A stretch of 63,090 nt of DNA, the filler included, from Octopus bimaculoides (lineage: Eukaryota), in the NCBI RefSeq assembly GCF_001194135.2. It is 7 parts of 7 records of this genome, joined end to end, with 100 filler letters (N's around TTAATTAATTAA, not from the genome) between each part and the next. Parts side by side here need not be neighbours in the genome. Positions count along the whole stretch, not along the records: positions 1 to 15,353 come from NC_069000.1; positions 15,454 to 25,212 come from NC_068987.1; 5 more parts are not named here. The stretch is one strand, 5' to 3'. This document shows, in pieces, positions 11,868-21,773 of this stretch. The notes under the pieces were generated by a model. That model did no database searches, was not told the origin of the DNA, and worked only from the letters and a program-made list of their open reading frames with translations. Every line of letters starts with the position of its first letter. Within the stretch, counting starts at the first letter, position 1. Position numbers and translations under genes: made by a program.

Positions 11868-12783
11868 GATGAAACAAGACATCTTTTGTCAGATTTCCTC
11901 AGTGTTTGGTCTTGATAGCCTTTCATAACTGCCTCACCATTAATGGTGTGGCCCTTTTCAAGATAGTCAATAAACATAATATCTTTTGATTGCCAAAAAA
12001 CTGAGGCCATCATCTTCTCTGCAGATGAAACAGCCTTGGCTTTCTTTGAAGCAGGTAAGGAGAAGTGTTTCCACTTCATGGATTGTTTCTTTGTCTCTGG
12101 TTCAGAGTGATGAAACTAACACTCATCTTAGGTTAGGAGGCATTCAAGGAAACCAGCTGGATCTGCCCGAAACAATGTAAAATTGTACTGTGATGTGATC
12201 GGTCTGATATGCTTTTGATCAGGTGTCAGAAGACATGATATCCACTGAGCAGGAACCTTCATCATGCCAAGTAGTTCATTATGCAGAATATTCTTAACTC
12301 TCTTACAGGATATGCTAACAGCATTGGCCATTTGATTTATAGTCAATTGTCTGTCATCCATCTCCATCTGGTGACCATGATCAATGTTTTCCTTGGTAAT
12401 TGCTGTTGCAGGACATCCAGATATTGGGACATCTTCTAGACTCTCCCTTCCCCTCCTAAATTCAGCTGCCTACTTTTGCACTGTTGATAAACCTGGAGCA
12501 TCATCCTGTAAGGTAGCAACCATGTCAGCATGAATGTCCTTTGGGGCTAATCCTTTTCTGTTGGTACTTGATAACACTATGATGCAAAATTTTGTCCATT
12601 TTCAAGAAAAGTCACTACCAGTTTTAATTTTGAAGTGTTCTTTGAAGAGGTAGATATCAGTTTACCTGGAAAGAAACAATGTAGTTATTAATAAGAAGTG
12701 TTCAAATTAATGCATACAGAATTTCACAGCTCTAGTATCACTACTTCATAGTCATCCTGTGAACTTTTCAGCGCACCCTCGTA
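11868..12783 (-). mobile_element. Mariner transposon relic 1, 3' truncated
   Basis: TIR TACGAGGGTGCGCTGAAAAGTTC at 12761-12783; WISCLLTPDQK, DPAGFLE, MMASVFW..IDYLEKGHTING motifs. Confidence 0.85.
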
Positions 12784-12982
12784 GTTTTCTTTGTGAAATA
12801 GTGGCTCTCAAGGCTTGCATAAAAATATAAATAATAGGATGTAAAAATTGTGTTCAAAAACCATTTTAGCTAGAAAAAGTCAAAGGCTGCTCATGGGACT
12901 TGAACTAGTCATGAAACTATCTATAGCTTTATGTGTATCTTGAGAGACACTATTACCAAAAACAAAAAAAGAGAGTTATATA

Positions 12983-13847
12983 TAAAGGGTGTTCAGGCTT
13001 AATTTGATGATTTTTATGTCTCCTTTTCTCAGGAACAGTTTGATGTATTGGTGAGCAATCAACAGCATTGGAAAAGATAATGATTAAAGTTGTAGTTGGG
13101 AAACAGTTAGCTGACATGGTGGACTGGAGGCCATATGAATATTGGAAAAGAGTTAACTGTATCATGATGATTTGCACTGGGTGTCAATATGCTAACATCA
13201 CGGCTGTTACTCAATGCTCTATGAACACTGTAATGGCTGTAAGACATGACATGGACAGATGCAATGTAGACAATGGAGTTGTGGCCAGCAAGAAAGAGCA
13301 CCCCAGGTGGAATTCATCCAATGACTAAGGTAAAGGCCTTAAGCTCAATTCAGATGGCTATGTGAAGCTGCTTGAGACTGTGGTTAAACCCTGGTTGGAG
13401 AGGGTTGCTGCTGGATGGCTACATGTGTGACAGTAGTTTTTGGTTCTTTGCTATACCTTCAGAAACAGAAGTGGTTGCCACACTCCACCAGCTCCAATTT
13501 CTGGCCTCCTAATTTCCCCAATTGCAATTCCATGGATTACTATGTGGTGGGGTGCAGTTGAGAAAATCACCATCTGCTCTGCCTGAAACACCAAGGCCAA
13601 GCTGCTGGCTAATATCAAGGAGGTTTTTGAAGTTCTTCCCAGAGACACAGTGAGTAATACATGCACCAGGTTGTGGAGCTATCTTGAGGATATGGTGGAA
13701 GCTGACAGTGGCTACTTTGAGTAGACTGTTTTCTCCCAGCCATAATCTAGTTGATATTTAAAAAAATTTTAAGATACTTTATTTTTGGATGGTATATTTT
13801 GTTTTCTTTTTATCTTATGCAAACTGTCAAATTTAACTGAAACACCC

Positions 13848-13851
<4 letters not shown>
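12983..13851 (+). mobile_element. Internally deleted Tc1/mariner (maT/DD37D-like) relic
   Basis: Imperfect TIRs TA-AAGGGTGTTCAG.. and ..CTGAAACACCCTG-TA; FWPPNFPNCNSMDYYV motif at ~13498-13545. Confidence 0.75.
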
Positions 13852-13916
<65 letters not shown>

Positions 13917-14519
13917 ATATATATACATAAGTATGTGTATGTGTGTGTCTATATATATGGTTTGCTCACCTAACCAGCAGGTTGGNNNNNNNNNNNNNNN
14001 NNNNNNNNNNNNNNNNNNNNNNNNNNNNNNNNNNNNNNNNNNNNNNNNNNNNNNNNNNNNNNNNNNNNNNNNNNNNNNNNNNNNNNNNNNNNNNNNNNNN
14101 NNNNNNNNNNNNNNNNNNNNNNNNNNNNNNNNNNNNNNNNNNNNNNNNNNNNNNNNNNNNNNNNNNNNNNNNNNNNNNNNNNNNNNNNNNNNNNNNNNNN
14201 NNNNNNNNNNNNNNNNNNNNNNNNNNNNNNNNNNNNNNNNNNNNNNNNNNNNNNNNNNNNNNNNNNNNNNNNNNNNNNNNNNNNNNNNNNNNNACTTCAC
14301 AAGTTCTCTGTTAGCACTCCAGGCTAACAATATTATTTAGATTAGTGAAGAACTCCAGATAATCTTTTGGTAGGGTCCAAGGTTATGGTTCATCACAAAT
14401 CTATATTGTAAATCCATGGATGGGCTCCAGACAAACTGGTTTTTACACAGAGTGATATATAAGAAACAAGTTAAAAATAATGGTCACTACATATTTTTCC
14501 TCTTCTGGACGTGTAATGT

Positions 14520-15353
14520 CAGTGTGCATACACAACAGAGTGTAAGTGCCCTGAGAGAAAAGTTGGACTTAAGAAGCCTCAGGTGTGATGTGCAAGAGAG
14601 ACGATGGCACTGGTATGGTTGTGTGTTATGTATGGATGAGGACAGCTGTGTAAAGAAGTGCCGATCTCTAACTGTGGAAGGAACCTGTGGAAAAGGTAGA
14701 CCGAAGAAGACCTGTGATGAGGTGGTGAAGCACGACCTTTGAACGTTGGGCCTCAGTGATGCAAAGGCCTTTGGAGATATGCTGTGCTTGAGAAGACCTG
14801 GCAAGCTAAGTGAGATCATAGCTATGGCCTATGCCAGTGTCACATAACTGGCTCATCTAAGAGTTCCTTTCAATCGTCAGGCAATGTGCTGTACTTGAAA
14901 AGACCTTTTGAATCAGCCAATGCCAGTACTTGCTGACTGGCACCCATGCCGGTAGCACATAAAAAGCACCATTCAAATGTGGTTGAGGCCAGTGCTGCCA
15001 GACTGGTTCCTGCACTGGTGGCATGTAAAAAGCACCATACAAGCATGGTCAATGCCAGTGCCACCTGACTGGGTCCCATGGCGGTGGTATGTAAAAAGCA
15101 CCATTTGAGCATGATCGATGCCAGTACCGCCCGATTTGCCCCCATGCTGATAACATGTAAAAAGTAGCCTCTAAAACTCTCGAAGTGGTTGGCGTTAGGA
15201 AGGGCATCCAGCTGTAGAAACCTTGCCAGATCAGATTGGGATCTGGCAGTCCTCAGTCAAGACTCCTGGCTTACCATTACCAGTTCTCAGTCAAACCGTC
15301 CAACCCACGCCAGCATGAAAAGCAGACATTAAACGACAACAATGACGACAATG
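14520..15353 (+). mobile_element. RTE-clade LINE 3' end with 3' UTR
   Basis: QERRWHWYGCVLCMDEDSCVKKC..GKGRPKKTCDEVVKHDL (RTE C-terminal motif) followed by the GTGGTTGGCGTTAGGAAGGGCATCCAG..CCAACCCACGCCAGCATG..TTAAACGAC tail. Confidence 0.8.
14918..15165 (+). repeat. About four copies of a 66-bp tandem unit in the RTE 3' UTR
   Basis: The AAAAAG(CACC) anchor recurs at 14961, 15027, 15093 and 15159. Confidence 0.85.
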
Positions 15354-15453
15354 NNNNNNNNNNNNNNNNNNNNNNNNNNNNNNNNNNNNNNNNNNNNTTA
15401 ATTAATTAANNNNNNNNNNNNNNNNNNNNNNNNNNNNNNNNNNNNNNNNNNNN
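15354..15453. other. Assembly linker: 44 N + TTAATTAATTAA + 44 N (12-mer also at 25257, 40342, 53712, 59326, 61827)
   Basis: Same 100-bp spacer six times; the 12-mer places stops in all six frames; artefact of scaffold joining. Confidence 0.95.
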
Positions 15454-15675
15454 TCCTACAAAATGAAACGTATTTATATTTATATGGACATATAATGGGA
15501 CTAGAAGGTTCCTGATACTTGTGGAGTATCTCCTTCTCCCATTACAATTATTTTTTGTAGTCTTAGGATTCTGGAACTCGAAGTAGAAGAGGCTTACAAG
15601 CGGATGCAATTCAATGGTTGTTTATTTGGTTCTCATTTCCGTAATTTTTCAGATTAACACCCGCACGATCTTCAC

Positions 15676-15847
15676 TAGGGTGTTAGGGTTAGGGTTAGGG
15701 TTAGGGTTTTAGGGTTTGGGCTAAGAAATTCCATCCCTAACCGTAACCCTAACCCTAACCCTAACCCTAAACACTAACTCTAACCCTAAACACTAACCCT
15801 AACCCTAACCCTAAAACCCTAACCCTGACCCTAAAACTCTAACCCTA
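15676..15847. repeat. Interstitial telomeric-type array, (TTAGGG)n then (CCCTAA)n, with TTTTAGGG variants
   Basis: Read directly; followed by (CTA)n at ~15850-15912. Confidence 0.9.
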
Positions 15848-15848
15848 G

Positions 15849-15891
<43 letters not shown>

Positions 15892-15917
15892 GCTACTACT
15901 ACTACTACTACTATTCG

Positions 15918-16360
15918 GGCAGTCATCTGGCAGAATCGTTAGCACGCCGGGCAAAATGCTTAACAGCATTTCGTCCGTCTTTACGTTCTGAGTTCAAATT
16001 TCGCCGAAGTCAGCTTTGCTTTTCATCTTTTCGGGGTCGACAAATTAAGTACCAGTTGAGCACTGGAGTCGATGTAATCGACTAGTCCTATCCTCCAAAA
16101 TTTCAGTTCTTGTGTCTATAGTAGAAAGGATTATTATTATTATTACTGAGGCGGTGAGCTGGCTGAATCGTTAGTACGTCGTAAAAAATGCTTAGCGGCA
16201 TTTCTTCTGGCTTTACGTTCTGAGTTCAAATTCCACCGTGGTCGACTATACCGTTCATCGATAAAATAAGTACCAGTTGAGAACTGGAGACAATGTAATC
16301 GACTAACCACACCGAGTAAAAAATTTCAGGTTTTATGCCTATAGTAGGAAGGAATATTAT
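15918..16360 (+). mobile_element. Two tandem family A SINEs
   Basis: Copies at ~15918-16140 and ~16150-16360 joined by (TTA)n. Confidence 0.85.
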
Positions 16361-16697
16361 CATTTTTTGTGGGAGCGAGACTGATATTTGACAGCTAGAG
16401 AACTCACGGCCTCTAGCTGTCCTCAGTATATATCAGTATAGCACTCTTAGTTAGACATCAGTATAGCACTCTTAGTTGGGAGCAAAGGTTCCTATTTTGA
16501 ATCTTGTCTGGTGCAATGTCTATATACAGAAATAAAACATCTAATACAATGGTCGACTTAAAAAGTTCACAGACTAACCAAAACATTCTCATGGAATGTG
16601 ACCAAATGAAGTTTATTTTTCAACACAGTCCTCCTTACCGTCTGTGCATGTCTTCTAACGGCGTTCAAGTGCTTGGTCCCATTGGTGAAGAAGCTTT

Positions 16698-17523
16698 GGA
16701 TCTTTATGGTTTGACGGCCAACATTTTTTTATGTAGTGTTTTTGGTACCGAAACACTTTCAAACTTCGAATACTTGTATATTTTGTGTTATAGAACAGAT
16801 AAAAAATTTTGTATTCGAAGTTATTTCATGTAAAAAATTGTCGTATTTCGGTAATTTCAACCAATCACTGACGTCTATTGAGGTGAAAACAATTACGCCG
16901 TGGAATGTAAACAAAGGTGTTACGGGATGTTTTCCCTTGAATAAAATTAGTGCCGTTGTTTGTCAACAAAAACTATCCGTTGTCAACAACAACTATCAGC
17001 GGTATATATTTCGTTTGTCACTGTTATTTATGACATCGTTCGTGCGTTTGTACTGGTTTTAGCTTTAGGGTTTTAGGGTTAGGGTTCGGGTTTTAGAGTT
17101 AGGGTTAGTTTTAGGATTACGGTTAGGGTTATGATTATTTTTGCCATAACCTTAACCTTAACCCTATAACTCATAACCATAACCCTAACCCTAACCCCAA
17201 CCCTAACCCTAAAACCCTAACCCTAAAACCCGAACCCTAACCCTAAAACCCTAAACCCTTACTAGGGAATAATGATATAATTAAACAGGGAATAATACAC
17301 TTGACACCGAACAGCACTAACTGTATTCAGCTGAATAGACGTCAGTGATTAGTTGAAATTACAGAAATACGACAACTTTAACATGAAATAACTTATTAAG
17401 AAGTAATTTTTGTTAAGAAGGCTAAGAGAAAAAGATGTTTTATATGATACATTCTACCAGTATCCCAAGTTTGAAAGTGTTTCGTAAAGAAAACAAGTGT
17501 TGCCCGTCAAATCATAAAGATCC
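16698..17523. mobile_element. GGATC-TIR MITE copy 1 with telomeric-repeat core (Merlin-like)
   Basis: TIRs GGATCTTTATGGTTTGACGGCCAACA / TGTTGCCCGTCAAATCATAAAGATCC; perfect 8-bp TSD GAAGCTTT (16690-16697, 17524-17531); (TTAGGG)n ~17065-17130 then (CCCTAA)n ~17147-17258. Confidence 0.9.
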
Positions 17524-18183
17524 GAAGCTTTCATCCTGTTGGTCAAAAAAGTCATCCCACAAAACTGGCTCAAAGTGATGAAGCCAACACTCATCCTGGG
17601 TTTCGTGAGCCAGGATGAGTGTTGGCTTCATCACTTTGGGCTAGAGAAACCAGCTGGATCTGTCTCAGACAATGTCAGATTCTCCCGTGATGTGATCAAC
17701 CTGGTGCGCTTTTGATCAGGTGTCAGATGTGTCACCCATTGAGCGCCAAGTTCATTGTACACAATATTTACAACTCTCTCACTGAATATGCTAATAGCAT
17801 TGGCTATATGATTTGTAATCAATCGCCTGTCATCCATCAGCATGTGATGAACACGGCCAATGTTTTCCTTGACGGTGACAGTTGCAGGACGTCTTCCCCT
17901 CCTTTTTTAAAGAAAGCTACCTAAACTTGCTCGGTTGACAAAGCTGGTGCCTCATCCTCTAACGATGCAACGATGTTAGCATGAATGTCGTTAGAAACTC
18001 AACTCTTTTTCTGCAGGTACTTGATAACACGACGATGCCAAATTTTGTCGATTTTCAAGAGAAGTCACTACTAGTTACTTCCGAAGTCCTCTTTGAACAG
18101 TCAGATATCAGTATATCTGGAAAGAAACAATACAGTTATTAATAAGAAGTGTTGAAATTAATACATGCAAGATTTCACACCTC

Positions 18184-18762
18184 GGATCTTTTTTAAAACG
18201 GGGGGCCACATTTTTCATTAATGTTTTACGTAGTGTTTTTGGTACGGAAAGACTTTCAAACTTCGTATACTTATCTATTTTGTGTTATAGAACAGAAAAA
18301 TATTTTTGTATTCGAATTTATTTCATGTAAAAAATTGTCTTATTTCGATAATTTCAACCAATCACTGACGTCCATTCAGTCGATATACATTAAGTGCCGA
18401 CTACATAAACAAACGATTCTTCGTTTTATTTGCTTTTTTCATTTTAAATTTGCTTTAACCCTAACCCTAACCCTAACCCTAACCCTAGGGTTAGGGTTAG
18501 AGTTAGGGTTAGGGTTAGGATTAATTGTTTCAGAATCGTTTGTTTATGTAGTCGGCACTTAATGTATATCGGCTGAATGGACGTCAGTGATTGGTTGAAA
18601 TTACAGAAATACGACAACTTTAACATGGAATAATTTATGGATTTCTTTTTTTTTAAAGAAGACTAAGAGAAAAAGATGTTTTATATGACACATTCTACCA
18701 GTGTTCCAAGTTTCAAAGTGTTTCGTTAATGAAAAATGTGGCCCCCGTTTTAAAAAAGATCC
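18184..18762. mobile_element. GGATC-TIR MITE copy 2 with telomeric palindrome
   Basis: TIRs GGATCTTTTTTAAAACGGGG..CCACATTTTTCATTAA; perfect TSD CACACCTC (18176-18183, 18763-18770); (CCCTAA)n-(TTAGGG)n centred on CCCTAGGG at 18483-18490. Confidence 0.92.
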
Positions 18763-19105
18763 CACACCTCTAGTATCACTCCTTCATAGACAGTCTATGT
18801 ACTTTTCGGTCCACCCTCATATGCATATCTACGTAAAATGTTTTAAAATATTTTGCTGATATCAGTTTCTAAAAATACGTTCTATTTTTACAACGTATGC
18901 GTTTTATTCTTGAAACTAGTGACATGTAAATTTTCCAAAAATATGTTTTTATCATTAACGATAAGATTGATTCCAATTTATGAATAACAAACACAATAAC
19001 AGAAGACAAAAGACAGGTTATTCCTCTGTTTCCTTAACAAGTATTTGAGAAAAGTCTTCTTTAATGATAATTACAAGGTCGTAGTACGACATTTAATAAA
19101 TATTG

Positions 19106-19141
<36 letters not shown>

Positions 19142-19145
<4 letters not shown>

Positions 19146-19700
19146 CCCTAATGCAGTGGCTCTCGTGGCTTCTGATCTTAACTAATTGGAAGTGTTATCA
19201 TGTACATTATTTTGTCTTGGTATAAAAGATGGGCTACAGCAATTATTCTGCTCAATACCATAGATTTGCTTGTCAGTTGCTTGACCTTAACCAGTTGAGC
19301 ATGTCCCTTAGTGGTTGACGACATGTGAATCTCTGATCACGAGCAGAAGTAGTGGGGGAGCATCATAGCCATGTATTGAGAGGAATTCTTTGGGGTTTAG
19401 ATAATTTACCTTTGAAAAACATAGGTGTTTAGTTCAACATCCTTAAACAACCCTTATTCAAGGACCTTTTGAGCAGGATGGGCTATTCAACCTGAAGAAA
19501 ATTCTGACTGGACCCCACCTGCAAGGTCATGCGCTGTTTATTTTGATATGAGATCACCATGTCGCGCACATATGGTTGTAATGCATGTGCCTGGTGTACC
19601 CTTATCAGGCAGGTAGTCATGATGGTTATACTGGGCTTCGTATATTTTACCCCAGTGTCACTTTGATGGCATGCACTGCTCTCTCACTCAATGATAATAA
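19142..19700 (+). repeat. Interspersed repeat family D (~550 bp, (TAA)n-flanked), probably retroelement-derived
   Basis: Second partial copy at 3180-3350; preceded by (TAA)n and ends in ATGATAATAATAAT. Confidence 0.6.
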
Positions 19701-19703
19701 TAA

Positions 19704-20200
19704 TTTCTTTTATTTGCCAACAGGGCAAAGGATGAGGGGGACAGTACAAAGACAGACATAAAGTGTTGGGGTTTATATATATATAAAAAGGAAAAAAATA
19801 CACGGTATATATTAAGAGTAGGGAAGTATACATAGTTTAGGACATTATAAACAAAAATGGGGAAAATGACAGTGACAGGGTCCTCCTGATACAGGAGGAC
19901 TTCCAAGGATAATCGAGGAACCCCACCATCCAAGATCTCCCTGAGAAACCAAGAATAAGTGACCCCTCCAACTTCTTTCCTCCGACTCATAGGCCTACAT
20001 TCAGAGCGGCACCCTCTTGCAATTTTCACAACTTTCATCCACCTTTTGATAAATTCACTCGGGGACAGCACCTCCCTCTCTACCCTCTCTTTCTTTTTCA
20101 AGTGAAGCTTGAAAAAGTCGATGAAAGCTTTACCAAAGAGGAATGTCTGTGTCCTCATTCCTCTCAGCCTTGTCCACCAGACAACCTCTTTCACCACAGA
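19704..20200 (-). mobile_element. 5'-truncated LINE 3' end, probably L1/Tx1 clade
   Basis: KEVVWWTRL..FIDFFKLHLKKKERVEREVLSPSEFIKRW resembles Tx1 ORF2 C-termini; followed by a pyrimidine-rich UTR and AATAAAAGAAA; clade assignment from recall. Confidence 0.6.
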
Positions 20201-20619
20201 ACATTAGGAAGGACGAAATACCGCTTAACATTTCGCCCGTACCTAATCGTTTAGATCACCAGTGAACTAAACCCCCATACTTTATATATATATATATATA
20301 TACATATANNNNNNNNNNNNNNNNNNNNNNNNNNNNNNNNNNNNNNNNNNNNNNNNNNNNNNNNNNNNNNNNNNNNNNNNNNNNNNNNNNNNNNNNNNNN
20401 NNNNNNNNNNNNNNNNNNNNNNNNNNNNNNNNNNNNNNNNNNNNNNNNNNNNNNNNNNNNNNNNNNNNNNNNNNNNNNNNNNNNNNNNNNNNNNNNNNNN
20501 NNNNNNNNNNNNNNNNNNNNNNNNNNNNNNNNNNNNNNNNNNNNNNNNNNNNNNNNNNNNNNNNNNNNNNNNNNNNNNNNNNNNNNNNNNNNNNNNNNNN
20601 NNNNNNNNNNNNNNNNNNN

Positions 20620-20653
<34 letters not shown>

Positions 20654-20694
20654 GCATATATACATATATCCATACATATATGTGTATTTCTTTT

Positions 20695-20905
20695 ATCTTT
20701 TGCTTGTTTCAGTCATTAGACTGTGGCCAGGCTGGGGTACACCCTTGAAAATTTTAATTGACCAAATCGACCCCATTACTTATCATTTTTAAGCTTGGCA
20801 CTTACTCTAACAATCTCTATTGTAAAATCGCTGTTACGACGACGTAAACAAACCAACACCGGTTGCCAAGCGGTGGTGAGGGACAAACACGAAGGCGCAT
20901 ACCAC
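20695..20905 (-). mobile_element. Family B SINE 3' half, degenerate
   Basis: TTTTGCTTGTTTCAGTCATTAGACTGTGGCCAG..CGACCCC..CCAACACCGGTTGCCAAGCG is the reverse complement of the B tail. Confidence 0.7.
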
Positions 20906-21773
20906 ACGCACATATACGACAGACTTCTTTCCAGATGGTGGGTCAACAGTGATGGTCGGTCGTTACCAGTCTATCCCTGGTTTCTATCTCAATTCCTCCC
21001 ACTTGTTCCGGAGCGCATAAGGTGTGTTTTTTCTATTGCATGTTTTTTTTCTTGCCCTACTTTTTTTCCAGAATTATAGGCATCTTCCATACAAATTACG
21101 CCGGAAGTCCCTGCGATTAACCTCAAATGGAGATAGACGAACCTGCAACTTTTTATCCCCACACCATTGGATAAAGCCCTGGAATTTAGTAGCTTCCTCT
21201 TTAAAGACTCCTTGCATTCGCCAGTTCAGTCCGAATCATTACCTTCACCTCATCAGACCACATGACTAACTTTTCTTAGGTTCGGACAAATTACAGAAAG
21301 TTAAGTTTCCTTTTCAGTTCCGACTTCATCTATGATAGAGTCGCTAACAATTGGCTTTTTCAAATCTTTTTGGATGATATTGACTTCAACTCCTTGATGA
21401 AGTGAACGACTAGGGTTAATCTCACGTGTGCTACACATAGCCCTTGTCTTACTTGCTTTAAAAACCTTGTCACGATGCCTTCTATATCTTCCCAAGCTAA
21501 GTGCAGTCTTGTGCGCCAACGTACATTTATCCCACATAATCTGCGCAGTGGTTTTTCTCTCATTCACCATCTTTTGCAAGTTTGTTGGTTTTGGGTGAGT
21601 ATTGAACACTAGTCAGACCAAAAATGAGATGCAGAAGGGTTTTGTCTCCAAAGTTGGGCCATGTGATCTATCACATTTTAAGATCCCACTTTGCCCAGGC
21701 TCCTGAAGAACCAAATTCTACACTACTAGGCCTTTACCCTTCCTTCTCCAGTTCTGACTTCAGCACTTCTCTG

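Larger units (their letters stand above)
16545..18821 (-). mobile_element. Mariner relic 2 (same family as relic 1), internally deleted and interrupted by two MITEs
   Basis: Degenerate TA-flanked TIRs at 16545-16575 and ~18792-18821; TQDECWLHHFEP, WVTHLTPDQK, and C-terminal QDESFFTNG..VENK*; the sequence resumes exactly across both MITE TSDs. Confidence 0.85.

Noticed and set aside
14918-15165. Regularly spaced repeats resembling a CRISPR array
   Set aside because: Whole 66-bp units are homologous with no unique spacers, they lie in a LINE UTR, and there are no cas genes in this eukaryotic DNA
15398-15409. TTAATTAATTAA recurring six times
   Set aside because: Always centred in 44+44 N; an artificial scaffold spacer, not a biological motif
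17065-17258. Head-to-head telomeric array as an ancestral chromosome fusion
   Set aside because: It lies inside a TIR element with a perfect TSD, so it arrived by transposition
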